The translations under genes were made by a program, and so were the position numbers. The notes below the pieces were generated by a model. The model was given only the letters and a program-made list of their open reading frames with translations, was not told the origin of the DNA and searched no databases. From the human T2T-CHM13v2.0 reference genome, Homo sapiens: 64,000 nucleotides of DNA. This document shows positions 13,771-26,030 of this stretch, piece by piece; the first letter of the stretch is position 1; each line of letters starts with the position of its first letter. The stretch is taken from assembly GCF_009914755.1 (NCBI RefSeq), contig NC_060940.1. The stretch is one strand, 5' to 3'.

Positions 13771-15020
13771 CAAGCCAAAGATATTCTTTAGTATAAGAAC
13801 ATTAAGCTTAATTACTTAGAATTAGGATGGTCCTTTCTCTCTCTCTCTCTCTCTGTCTCTCAAGATTACAGTCAAAGCATATTCGAAGAGCCAATCTTTT
13901 GAAACTCACCCTATGAAATTGTTTCAATATATCGCTTGGTCAGACTGTTTGTGATATGGCTCCAGGACACACAAAAGATCCCTTTTATGCCATCAGACAT
14001 TGGATGATTCCTCACTTGCAACTGTAATGTCAAGGCCAAAGTTTTCACACTGAGGTCAGTGCCTCCCACCCCCAGTCTTCCGGCTTCCTGCTGCCAAATA
14101 ACTAGAACAGACCAGTGCCAGTGAGAATGGATAAACCACAGCAGCCTTTCTTTGGAAACACTTCAGTCAAGGGAGAAAACTGATCATCATATGGTGATGG
14201 CTTTCATGCCACCTGGCACATGCTCCTGTAACTCAGCTGCATTTTCACCTGGGTGTCAGCTTCGGGAGTCAGAACGGCTACATCTGACAAGTCACATGCA
14301 TCCTCTCATCAAAGCCATTTGATTTTTTTATTTTTATTTTTTAGCAGACTGCGTTCTCCCTGAACAAAAGTATTAATGAAGGTTCGAGCATATGGGAGGC
14401 AGGTTTAAGACATGTGAGAGCTTCAGGGCAGTGGGGACAAGGCAAAGCTGGCACATACATGTGCCATTAATGGGGTGTCATTTGGGTGGCACATAAACAC
14501 AAATAGGAAGCTCAGAGCTCCCTGGAGTGGCTAGCTGGGGGTCAGTAAAGCCCGTGTGCTAACCCCATAACACGATGCAAGCTCAACTCAAATTTCCAGG
14601 CTGTACTTTTTCCCCTACTACATATACTGGGGCTGTCAGTGTGATTACCAGGTTATGATGGTCAACTGCGGGAGGCTTCTATCCCCACGGTGCCATGCAC
14701 AGCTCAGCATCCTGATCCAATCAAAGGGCCATCTTGGACTGTCATGGACACTGCTGGCTCCTTTCTTTTGGCACTTGAATGCTTAAAAACTCAACCAATA
14801 TATGCCTCACTGGCCACAGGTCTGTCCTTCACTTTCTCTTTTTCCAGTCATCTCAGACATAATGGGTTCCTCCCTGTTTTTTGGACAATCTGTGATGGAT
14901 GTATGGGTGGCTGACAACCAAGAGGTGCAAGATGCTTGGGAATGAAGGGAGCAAAGAAGCTCTTTGAGATAATGCTCTCCTGATTGGAATCCTTTTGGGA
15001 AGCCAAGTTTTTCTCTCTTA

Positions 15021-15362
<342 letters not shown>

Positions 15363-15378
15363 TCATTCCAACCCCCAA

Positions 15379-15470
15379 TTTTTTATTTTATTTTTTGAGA
15401 CAGAGTCTCGCCCTATTGCCCAGGCTGGAGTGCAGTGGCGCCAACTCGGCTCGCTGCAACCTCCACTTCC
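15379..15470 (-). mobile_element. 5'-truncated Alu (3' end only), within an antisense MIR
   Basis: T-rich tail plus gagacagagtctcgcc...ctgcaacctccacttcc; TSD ccaacc.ccaatt. Confidence 0.9.
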
Positions 15471-15729
15471 TGCCAACCTCCAATTTTACAGGTAAAAAAA
15501 CCGAGTACCAGGTAAGTTAAGTGAGTTTCCCAGTGTTAAATGATAAGAAGTGGCACAGGCAGGGCAGGAAGCTCCATCCACCAAAAGGAACTGGTGCACC
15601 TGGTGTACCCCTCAGTCCATCTTGGTTTGCTGTAGCAAGCACTAGTGAGGCTCACAGAGGCAGCTTCTGTGGAACAGGAGCTTTCCTTTATCATGCTTCC
15701 TTTAAATATGGTTTCTTCATCCTCATGCT

Positions 15730-16290
15730 AAGCCCATTTTCCATACCTCGCTCCACTTCCTGGTTTATTGCTGCCTGGTTTGGGGCCCTGAAGTCAATGT
15801 CACTGGTAAATAGTTCAAAGTCTCTCTTGCTGATCGCAATGCCCTTTCCCTCCCATTCAAGGTCTCGGCCCAGCCCCTCTGGGCAAGCAGTTAAGATTTT
15901 CAGTGGCTATGAGCCCCCTTCCTGGACCTCTTCACTCTTTTTCAAGCCTAAACATCAGTGCTGCGTTCACATGCACATGTCACGCGAATTTTTCTACTCT
16001 TTCCACTTCCAACATAGCTTCTATTTCCAAGAAGTCAAAGGGCTTTTCAGAGTCCATAAAAGTCTATGTACACAATGGCATTTTATACTCAGCAGTCTTC
16101 CCTGGGACTTTTTCATTTTCTGCAGGTGATCCGGAGTTGAGAAATGACTTCTAAATCCTGTCTACTCTCATGGCTGATTAAAGTCCAGAAGTCCCTGTAG
16201 TCCGCCTACCAGTACTTTTGTGAAGATTTTGCATAACTACTGAAAACAGTTTAAAAGATCATGTCTGTGATCTATTAAACAAGGTTTTTT
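15730..16290 (-). mobile_element. RTE-clade LINE reverse transcriptase fossil (MamRTE1-like)
   Basis: Minus-strand translation with frameshifts: LCKIFTKVL / RLQGLLDFNQP*E*TGFRSHFSTPDHLQ / KTAEYKMPLCT*TFMDSEKPFDFLEIEAML, matching the RTE pattern LD.NQPREQAGFRSGFSTIDH...EKCREY..PL...F.D.EKAFD. Confidence 0.8.
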
Positions 16291-17879
16291 TTTAAGGGCA
16301 ATAAAGGGTTTAAAAGGAACATGTGAGACAGAAATATCTGCGCTCTGCTTATTATACATTAGAAATTATAAGAATAACACGTTTACTACTAATTACACAA
16401 GTCATTTGTCACGAAGCTCTTGCCAGAAAACGTATTTGAATTCCCCCAAATTCAAATAAAGAATTAATGGGTAAATAATTTATACTCAAGTAATTATTTG
16501 CAAGACTTTATTTAAACTAGAATTTAGTCAAAGTTAATTCAAAGGTTTTATTCCTTGCATCCTGTAATGAAGTTGTTGTTTAATTAGAATGACAACTTGC
16601 TCCTCTAGGTAAAAGGAAAGGGAAATGTAAATTTCAGCGATGATTTTCTCTGGCTGCTCAGAATAACCATGGCCAAGATGGCCCATGATTTTGAGGAAGG
16701 ACAGGACCTTGGATGATTCCGGTGACACTGGAGAGAAGCACAGAATTTCCACATGAATCACAGTCCTGGGGCTTAGGGGCATTTCTTTAGTAGGACCGAC
16801 ACAAAACAAAAATAGTAATGAAACCCTCAAAAAGCTCGCAGCCATCCATTAACACAAACTCAGTGACACCTACATCCGAAACATACACCCTCGCATGCAG
16901 ACACCTTCACACACACCTCTTCCTGGCTAAAATAAATAACAGTCCCAATCCCACCCCTAATGACAAAACACATCCCAGATGCTGTCAAGTTGCTTTCACA
17001 GAGTTTAATGAGTTGAACATCCAGAGACACACCTGTAGTTGCCACTGGTCCTGAGGCTTCTAACTTTTCCAGTGTGAAAAATTAGAGACACCTGGGCCTG
17101 GGGACTTATATTTGTGGGGCGCTGGTGAGGAGGTTTGGGGGGGGTGGTTCCAAAGTCTCCAGATCCATTTTCTTTAAGAGAGAGAAATTGTCGACTGCTT
17201 TTCACCTTCCACTTCTCACCAATTGGGTGGCTATTCATTTCCTAGCCCTTTGGCCGAATTGTGCTATGTTTCATGAAGCATCGCTCTCAGGTCAGGAATT
17301 TTGGGTGAGATGGATCAAATAGGAAGAGACCAAATGCATTCTACCCCCATTGACCTAGGAGCCACGAGCATGCAGTGGCAAATGGTCCTCAGGAGATGGA
17401 CCTTTGTGGGGCAATATGGAAGAGCCTCTTAATACTGTCCTGTCCATGAGAGATTCCTTCAGGGGTGACCCCAAAGAGTCTTAGCAGATCAGGATGTGGA
17501 AACTCCCCGGGGATCCTGTCCCCTTCCAGTTCAACTCCTGCTAGCCAGAAAACCGAGCTACCACCAAATGAACTGGATTGCCAAAGAAAAATGAAAGCAG
17601 AAAGTATAGGTTCTGCTAAGGACAGGTGCATGAGATTATCTGTGTTCAAAGAATAAAATGAGGCGGTACATGATAAAAATTATCCTTCTGTGCCTCAGGC
17701 CATGCCTCTGAACACGTCTTTGGTTCAGAAATTTACAAAGAGGGCTTCACAAACTCCCATCTCTGACATTACTATGATGTATGATTTCCCTACACAATAC
17801 AAGAAAGTGTAGCTGGAAATTTTGAGTTAACCCTTCAGACTATTAATGATTGTGCAAACTTTGGACTCAAATCACTTAC

Positions 17880-18081
17880 AAAGCTATTGAAGAAAGTTAT
17901 GCTGCTAAAATAAATGCTATGTTATTGCACATGAGATTGACAGGATCTGCAAAAATCAAAGCTACATAGTACGTGCACTCTTGGGATGAGAACGGGGATG
18001 GAATGCAGCATGCACGGGGTAAACTGGGATGCGGCAGATTTGCCAGATCCTCCAGCCCTTCTGCAGGTCCATCAGAATCAC
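17880..18081 (-). other. Candidate spliced non-coding or 5'UTR exon (202 nt)
   Basis: Minus strand: branch point CTAAC about 28 nt upstream, pyrimidine tract, TAG|G acceptor at 18082/18081, TTT|GTAAGT donor at 17880/17879; stops in all three frames; locally high CpG. Confidence 0.4.
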
Positions 18082-18199
18082 CTATCGACGCAGAGGCAAG
18101 AAAAGCAGTTAGCGCAGAAAATGAGGGAGCCGGCGACAGGAAAAACGTGAAGCAAAAGAGAGCAGGTGGGTTATTTCTTAAAGAATGACATGTTTGGAA

Positions 18200-20130
18200 T
18201 TTTTAAACATATATACAGACATATATATAATTGTATAGTATATGAAATTATATAAATTATGACTTAGTTTTTTTTGTTACAGAAAATAACAAACCTCCAT
18301 GTATTCACTGCTTAGCTTCAACAATGATCAAGGCCAGTCTTGTCATCGGCCATTCAAGGCCAGTCCTGGTTCATCTATGCCTCCCACTCTCCTTCACTTT
18401 ATTATTTTGAAACAAATCTCAGACTTACCATTTCATCTGTAACTATTTCAGCATGCATCTCTAAAACAATGATACAGTTTAAAAACATAACTATCATACC
18501 ATGATCACACCTAAAAAGATTTCCTTAATGTCATCGAACATCCAGGCAATATTCAAATTTCTCTGATTGTCCTATACATTTTATTTTTGAAGCCTGAATT
18601 AGGATCCAATAATGTCCTTACATTGCAATGGTCGATAGGTCTTTTTAAGTCTCTTTAATCAATGTGGTGAACTTTCAATCTCTTTTTGTCCTGGGTTTTT
18701 AAAAAAATTGTTGTTGAAGAAACTGGGTCGTTAGTGCTACAGAGTTTCACACAGTCTGATTTTGCAGATTGCATTCTTATGGTGGTGTTTACATGTTCTG
18801 CTGTCTCCTTTCTCTCTGGTAAATTGGTGATTAGATCCAATGGCTTGACCGGGTTAACTTCTTTGGCAAGACTGTGTCATAGGTGGTGGTATGGATTTCT
18901 ATCAAGGGATTTCATTGCCTGCTTTGATCTCTTTTCTTGATGTGAATAGTTATTTATAATAATTGCTTACATCCGTTAATTCTTTAAGGTTCACAAAATG
19001 GGCATCTTAATTCTAACATTCTTTCTCTTCTTCCTCCTTCTCCTTCTCTTCTTCCTCCTTTTTAATAAAGCTGGAATACTTCTATTGCATGAATTTTCCC
19101 CCCATTTGGTTACCTTGAGGTTTTGGTTTTCCTTCATTCATTTTGAATCATTATAAACTCACGGATTTAAACATATTTGATCTGTGCATTTCAATCGATT
19201 GAAATTCATGGTAGTTATTTTTGATAATCATTTTGTGTCGTCTTTGGCTGATGGCACTTCAAGTTGACTCATGCATCCTTCCTTTTTGATGTGACAAAAT
19301 GTTCTGGCCTCATCTTGTATGTTTCCTTCCTGAGATTTGAAACTAGCCATTTCTCCAAAAAGCCCTGGGTCCTTTTAGTGAGAAGCAGTATTTAGAAGCC
19401 ATAATTTGGATGTTAGGGTTGGTCACTGTTAATGGGTTAGTCACCCTTTCCAAGCCTTTTCAGTGAACACAGCAAAAATTGTAGACACACACACACTCCA
19501 TATAATATATAACATGATATAACTATATAGGCATTTAGAGATATTTAAGATAAAATACATTATAAGTTTATACTGATACTTCCCATTCAAATTCAGTTAC
19601 AAGTTTTTATTTAACTTTATTGATCCTTCAGCTGTATCTCCTTTTCTCCATGCTAAAAAATCTCAATTATCCATGATAATAATCTAAATACTTATTTGCT
19701 TTATCCCACACTAGACACCCAATAGTCCCAGGAAAACAGAAATCCAACCATCAGCGATATCATTACTGAAAACAGCTTACTATTTTTTTATAGGTCTTTT
19801 TGTCCTTAAGGATGTACATCAAATTACTATGCTTTAAAATAATTTAGATGGATCCTTCTCTGTGATCATGCCATCCACTGGATACTCCGTTGGGTTCATT
19901 TATTTCATGTTGATTTTGATTTGAAGGATAGCTTTCTAAATTTTACTTTTGGTTTATACCTCTGTAAATATTTACATATGTCTGAAGTCAGATGTACAAA
20001 AGAAGGTATATTCAGAGAAGTCTATCTCCTTGCCATCATGGCTATCCTATTCCTCCTCCTTTCCACTACAGGTAACTTTAAGATAAGTTATAGCTTACTC
20101 TTTTGGTTTCTTTTTAACAATACAGACAGC
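18200..20130 (-). mobile_element. Old L1 3' region (L1MC4/L1MC5-like)
   Basis: ttttgaaacaaatctcagac...catttcatctgtaactatttcagcatgcatctctaaaa...atcacacctaaaaa, typical of antisense L1MC 3'UTR. Confidence 0.7.
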
Positions 20131-20169
20131 TGCCTTTTTATGTTAGATTTTATATAATTTTTTTGTTAT

Positions 20170-20930
20170 AGAATCAGCAGTTTTATATATTATAGAATGA
20201 AGTTTTCTAAACTGTTGCTGGATCATAATTGCTGAAGTACAGTTTTAAATCCTAGAACAGTTCAAATTTAAGAAGGTCATTACCGACTTGTTACAATTCT
20301 TTAACATTGTAGAAAATGCCTGCAAAATTCTTTTAGGTTCTGGACCATTTTCTCTCTCTGACCTTCACTCAGCTCGTCCGTAGAATTTTTCAGCCATGTC
20401 AGCAAGGCTTCTACCACCTACTTGCTGAACTTTAATTCATTTCATTTTCATGAAAGGAAGGAAATCCCCTGAAATCATTTATTAGTTCTTCTAAAAAGGC
20501 ACAGCCATCTGGGACTTTTTCATGTTTGTTGTGTGAGCAGCCATGTCGTGCTTTTTGCATCATTGGCTGGAGTCAATGTTGAAATCTTAATTCATGGTGT
20601 TTATAATGGCAACAACCGTACGGGAAGATTTACACTTTCCAGGAGGCGTGGTTGAGAGGCGGATGGAATGTGGCAGTCGTGAGGAGGAGGATGTGCATCT
20701 TCTGTGTCAATGGACGACATAGTAGATGACCCACCTTACATTCAATGTCCTGCTGAGTAACTGATTTCTCTGTCTTGATAATTATAAAACTGGTCAGAGA
20801 GTTGCTCCATGATCTAAGACATTTTACTAAGCTGCCAATATATTATGGTAAGACCTTCTAATTATTGCCCTTTAATATCCTGGGCTTTGCAAAACAGTAA
20901 CTCCAATTTTTTCAGAAACATTTTCACTAT
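20170..20930 (-). mobile_element. TcMar-Tigger/pogo DDE transposase fossil
   Basis: Minus-strand translation with shifts: KPRILKGNN*KVLP / YWQLSKMS*IMEQLSDQFYNY / IDTEDAHP / LQPM, matching the DDE_1 pattern NPRALKG...LPVYW.SNKKAW.T..LF.DWF..C...LDNA..HP...LQPMD. Confidence 0.75.
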
Positions 20931-20939
20931 CATGACTGC

Positions 20940-21237
20940 TTTTTTTTTTTTTTTTGAGAGACAGAGTCACTCTGTTGCCCAGTCTGGACTGCAATGGCAC
21001 CATCTTGGCTCACTGGAACCTCCACCCCTCATCTTCAAGTGATTCTCCTGCCTCAGCCTCCCCAGTAGCTGGGATTATAGGCACGTGCCACCACGCCTAG
21101 CTAATTTTTGTATTTTTAGTAGAGACAGGGTTTCACCATATTGGCCAGGCTGGTCTTGAACTCCTGACCTCAAGTGATCCACCCACCTCGGCCTCCCAAA
21201 GTGCTGGGATTACAGGCGTGAGACACCATGCCTGGCC
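20940..21237 (-). mobile_element. Alu (AluSx-like)
   Basis: Full dimer reverse complement; near-TSD catg.ct.ctttt. Confidence 0.97.
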
Positions 21238-21314
21238 CATGGCTACTTTTGATTGCTGCAACAGTGTCCCCAGTGGTCTCCCTGCTTTCACTCTGTCCCC
21301 CACATGTGACCATC

Positions 21315-21500
21315 AAGGAGGACTCAGACCTACCAGGTATTAAGACTTACCATAAAGCCACAGTGATTAAGACAGTATCAGCACAGAGATGGACAACTAG
21401 ATCAATGGAACAGAACTAAGAGCACAGAAACAGACCTTTGCACATTTAGATGCTTGCTTCATGACAGAGGTGGTATTGGAAATCAATGTGTAAAGATGAG
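21315..21500 (+). mobile_element. L1 ORF2 fragment
   Basis: Translates LPGIKTYHKATVIKTV, then gatcaatggaacaga (DQWNR), L1 ORF2 motifs. Confidence 0.8.
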
Positions 21501-21589
21501 CACCACTGTCTCTGCACATCTTTCCATCTCAGCTGCCATTCACAGACATCACTTTCAGTAGCTACTTGGTACTCAGCCATATGAACATA

Positions 21590-22340
21590 CCATCATGGTA
21601 CCACCATTTATTTAACCAATCCCCATCCCTTAACATTTAAGTGACTCCTTTGTGTTTTTTTTTTCCTATTATAAACAATGCTGCAATGGAGATTTTTGTA
21701 TTTAAATATCTTATACAGGCCAGGCGCGGTGGCTCACGCCTGTAATCCCAGCACTTTGGGAGGCTGAGGCGGGCAGATCACGAGGTCAGGAGATTGAGAT
21801 CATCCTGGCTAACACGGTGAAACTCCATCTCTACTAAAAATACAAAAAATGAGCCGGGCGTGGTGCCGAGCGCCTGTAGTCCCACCTACTCAGGAGGCTG
21901 GGGCAGGAGAATGGCGTGAACCCGGGAGGCGGAGCTTGCAGTGAGCCAAGATTGCACCACTGCACTCCAGCCTGGGTGACAGAGAGACTCTGTCTCCAAA
22001 AAAAAAAAAAAAAAAATCTTATACACATACTTATGTCCTTAGTTAGGATTAACTCATCAGATGGAGCTAATAGGTCAAAGAGCTCAGATATTTTGGGAAA
22101 GCATGGTCCACATTTCTTTCCTGAAAGGCCTGCTACTCCCACTAACAGCCTATGAAAGAGTCAACGTGCTTCCTCTGACAACTTGGAATATCATTACTTT
22201 AAAATCTTTTTGCATTTCAGGAGTAAGGAAGGGTAACATAGTTGTTTTAATTTGCATTTACTTGATAACACATAAAGCTAATCATTCATCCCCACCAAAT
22301 GATTGGCCCTTTAAGGTTTTTCTTTTGTAAAATATTTGTT
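21590..22340 (-). mobile_element. Old L1M fragment, interrupted by AluY
   Basis: tttatttaaccaatcccc...ctattataaacaatgctgcaatg...gttgttttaatttgcattt. Confidence 0.7.
21718..22016 (+). mobile_element. AluY
   Basis: Diagnostic atcacgaggtc, ggctaacacggtg, gaatggcgtgaacccgggaggcggagcttgcag; TSD atcttataca. Confidence 0.95.
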
Positions 22341-24668
22341 TTTGTTCTTATATGGTTACTAAACTGCTCTTTCTCACACCACTCCAATCCACCAGGTATG
22401 ACACTGTGAAATTACTATCTCTAAGTAACTCTTGTGTACCTGGTTTCGCTGTTCTAAGAAATTCTAAAGGTTAAATGCTAAAGGTTAAAAAAACTATAAA
22501 AATACGTACAGATAAATTTAAGATAAAAGACATGCTTCTTGCTTCCCGCAAGATAAGGGCCAAAGTCTTTAACCAGAGGTTGATCTGCACCAAACTAACC
22601 TCAGTATTCTCTTCCACCATAACCCTCGTCCTTGACCAACTTGGTCTGCTCTCTGTTCCTTCTCCATGTGACATATTCCTCCCCCCATGCTTTGGCTCTC
22701 ATTGCTCTCATCTCAGAATTTTCTTTTCACTTGCTCAGTTTCTTATCTCCCTTTATGCCAAGCTCAAGTGCATTATCCCCTTAAATCTTTCCCTGGGAGA
22801 ATATCACCTCTGACCTTCCGAGATACTTACTGTAGTACCTTCCCATGCTTCATGCCATCTACCTTTTTAAGATTGTCCTTTTGGGGGCACTTGTTCTAAC
22901 TGAAGTGTAAAACTCTCAAGGAAGAAGACAGTACACCTTGAGGTTCTTTTATGCTAGTGTTTCGTACAGTCCCAAGAACTCAGTGTGTGGATGATTCTGA
23001 CGATCCCACGAAGGAGGATCTGTCAATGGCATGTTGAGGAGGGGGAGATGAGATTTCTATACCCTTGTATCTGCATAATCCCAAATATTTTTTAGGATGT
23101 TTTTACTGAATTTTCAGATGTTTAACGATAATACCTGATTTCTTAGTCATGGAGGAGTAAAGGTGTTAAGGGCAAGTAGAGGTTATAGTGAAGTCTGCTG
23201 AAGTTGGTAAGCAGCCATTATTGGGTCATTCTGGAATGCCTTGGCTTTTTACTTCTATTGACCCCCAAGCCCCAATCTCAGCACAGGCCCCAATCTATCA
23301 CCCCACAAGCCCCAATCTCAGTGCTGTATTGTGGGCTGGCAGACTCTGGACAAGGGAAAAGCAGCATACAATATAAAATGGAATAAAAGCCAAGTTCCAC
23401 CTCTGCTACTTACAGGCTGTATCTCCATAGGCAGGCTACCTAACTCTCTTCACCCACATAGCAGAGACAGTAATATATTCCCCAGGATTCTTGTGAGAAT
23501 GAAGTAAGACAATGTGTATAGAGTATGCAAAGTTATCTCCACAGAGCCAGAACTCAATGCATGGAAGCTATCAATGTAAGCAGAAAGGAAGAGGACCCTG
23601 CTGGTCTTTTCTGTCTTGGCATGAAGCAAGAGGTTGGGTCAACATGAGCAAAAAAATAAAGTCAGGCATGTCCAAGGTAATAAGGGACAAAGGGTGGAGT
23701 CTTATTTGGGGTCCACTGCTAAAGCACTTATCCTACTCTGCAGGGCACTAATAATTCCTGTGCCAACTCAGGGGTAAATTAGGATGGAAACTGCAGAGTG
23801 TATGTGCAATGCTTACTTCTGACCGAAGGCAGCATCCAGGCCTACTGAGAGTCACTGGAAACAACCACCAGAAATTTTGGAGACTAAAAGCACAGTAACT
23901 GTGAAACTCCTGGAGGAACTCTAGAGTATAGCTACATTAATCGATTCTACAATGAAAACTGGCAAAGGAGGGTGAAAACGGAAAGTACAGATGAAGCATA
24001 ACCAAGCACAAGAGAAAGCAAAAGTAGCAATGTGGACATCAGAAAAAAATGAAATTTAAGGTTGAAGGTATAAAACAGAATGGAGAATGACATTATATAA
24101 TGTTAAAAAGCACAGCTGATAAAGGACATATAATATCCATAAACCTCTATGCACCACACAACACAACAGTTAAGTATATAAGGGAAAAAAGAGCTTAAAA
24201 TACAAGATTTTAATGAAAATAAGAGTTGGAGGTATCCATAGACATCTCTCAGAATTAGACATATTTACAAGACAAAAAATAAGAACAGAGGGAATCCAAG
24301 ATTTTTTAAAGAGCTCAGTAGAATAGGTAACTTGCTATGGTTATGTTATCTGCAGAACTAGTGAAACGCACTGACACAAGAAAATGAAGTCACTGGCATC
24401 AATATTGAGAAAAGTAGATAAAATTATCACTTTTGTGTTGATATATCTGAATACCTAGAAAGCCCAAGAGACTCTAATGAAACACTAGTCAAATAAATTA
24501 GACAACTTAGTAAAGATAGTAAAGATAAATACACAAAAATCAATTGCTTCACTCTCTACTAGCATTAAGCACCCAGAAACGAGAATGGGAAAAAATGACA
24601 AGAGATTAAGAAGTTTAAAAAACTTTAAAAATACTCAGAGAGAAATTTAATGTAAGAGGAACTTGAGT

Positions 24669-24790
24669 GGCCAGGTGCAGGGACTCACACCTGTAATCCC
24701 CAACTGTTTGGGAGGCCAAGGTGGGAGGCTGATTTGAGCCCAGGAGTTTGAGACCAGCCTGGGAAACACAGTGAGACCCCATCTCTACAA
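24669..24790 (+). mobile_element. FLAM_C-like Alu monomer
   Basis: Single monomer; TSD aagaggaacttg. Confidence 0.9.
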
Positions 24791-24799
24791 GAGGAACTT

Positions 24800-25070
24800 G
24801 GACCCAGAGTTATATATTCCTGGGGTCACTCTATCCTCACCAGTGAGGTCTGAATTTCAACCCTAGGTTCTCTGTTCTATCTTTGCTTGCTCTCTTTCAG
24901 TCCTAGATACAGTAGCTGCTTCTCGCATTTACTATTCCTATCTTCCTTAGAGTCTTCTTTTAACTCTTTTAGTAGTTAACCACTATTTTACTAGTTAAAA
25001 ATCTTACATAAATTTTCCCTGTTTAAATTACTGGTGTGGTTTCTCTCTCCAGACCCTGACTGATGCAGAC
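24800..25070 (+). mobile_element. ERVL LTR 3' part (MLT2-like)
   Basis: Ends aaattactggtgtggtttctctctccagaccctgactgatgca. Confidence 0.6.
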
Positions 25071-25553
25071 CTATATGAATAAACTATAAAATCTTATTGA
25101 AAGACCCCCCAAACAAGAACTAAACAAATAGATATCTTCTCAGATAGAAAGACTTAATATTGTAAAATAGCTTTTCTTCCCAGAAAACATATATAAATTT
25201 AATGATATTCTAATCAGAATTCCAGTAACATTTTCATTATTTTTGGAAACGGTTAAAAATATCTTAGATTCTTTTGGTATGGTAATTTCATGAATAGCTA
25301 TGAAAAGCACGAAAAATAAAAATTGTGATGAGGGATATGACTAGCTGTATATAAAGCCATAGTAATCAAATCTAAGTGGTTTGGGCAGAGAGAGAGAGAG
25401 ACAAAGAGATGAGTGGAAAAGAATGGAAAAATCCTGGGAAAGATCTTAGGATACATTGGAATTTCATCTATTACAAAGACAGAATTTCATTTCACAGGGC
25501 AGAAAGTGATTTATTTTTAAAAAATGGGCTGGCACCAATGGCTAGTCATCTAG

Positions 25554-26030
25554 AGCAGAGATTGGCAAGCTTTTTCTATAAGGAGCCAGATAGTAAATAT
25601 TTTAGACCAGGAATATCCAATCTTTTGGCTTCCCTGGGCCACATTGCAAGAAGAAGAATTGTCTTGGGCCACACAAAACATACACTAACAATAACAATAG
25701 TTGATGTGCTAAAAATAAGTAAATAAATAAAAAATAAAAGTCCATGCATAAATCTCAAAATGGTTAAAGAAAGTCTACAAATTTGTGACAGGCCGCATTC
25801 AAAGCCATCCCGGGCCGCATGCAACCTGTGGACTGCGGGTTGGACAAGCTTGTTTAGACTTTGGTCTAAAATATTATGGTCTCTGCTGCTAGTACACAAC
25901 TCTGCCATTATGGTGTGAGAGCAGAGCTAGACAATACATAAATGAGTGGGCATGGCTGTGTTCCAATAAAACTTTATTTACAAACACAGGCAGCTGGCCT
26001 GTGGGCCATAGTTTGTCAACCTCTGGATTA
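25554..26030. mobile_element. MER58A hAT MITE, split by MER30
   Basis: cagagattggcaagctttttctataaggagccagatagtaaatatttt...ggctgtgttccaataaaactttattt...catagtttgtcaacctctg. Confidence 0.85.
25608..25852. mobile_element. MER30 hAT MITE
   Basis: tccaatcttttggcttccctgggccacatt...gttggacaagcttg; tttagac duplicated on both flanks. Confidence 0.85.

Noticed and set aside
15521-16129. 202 aa plus-strand ORF
   Set aside because: GTG start, no recognisable domain; mostly antisense to the RTE RT fossil and starts in a MIR, so likely a shadow ORF
18328-18366. 12 bp direct repeat tcaaggccagtc
   Set aside because: Small slippage duplication inside an old L1; no functional implication
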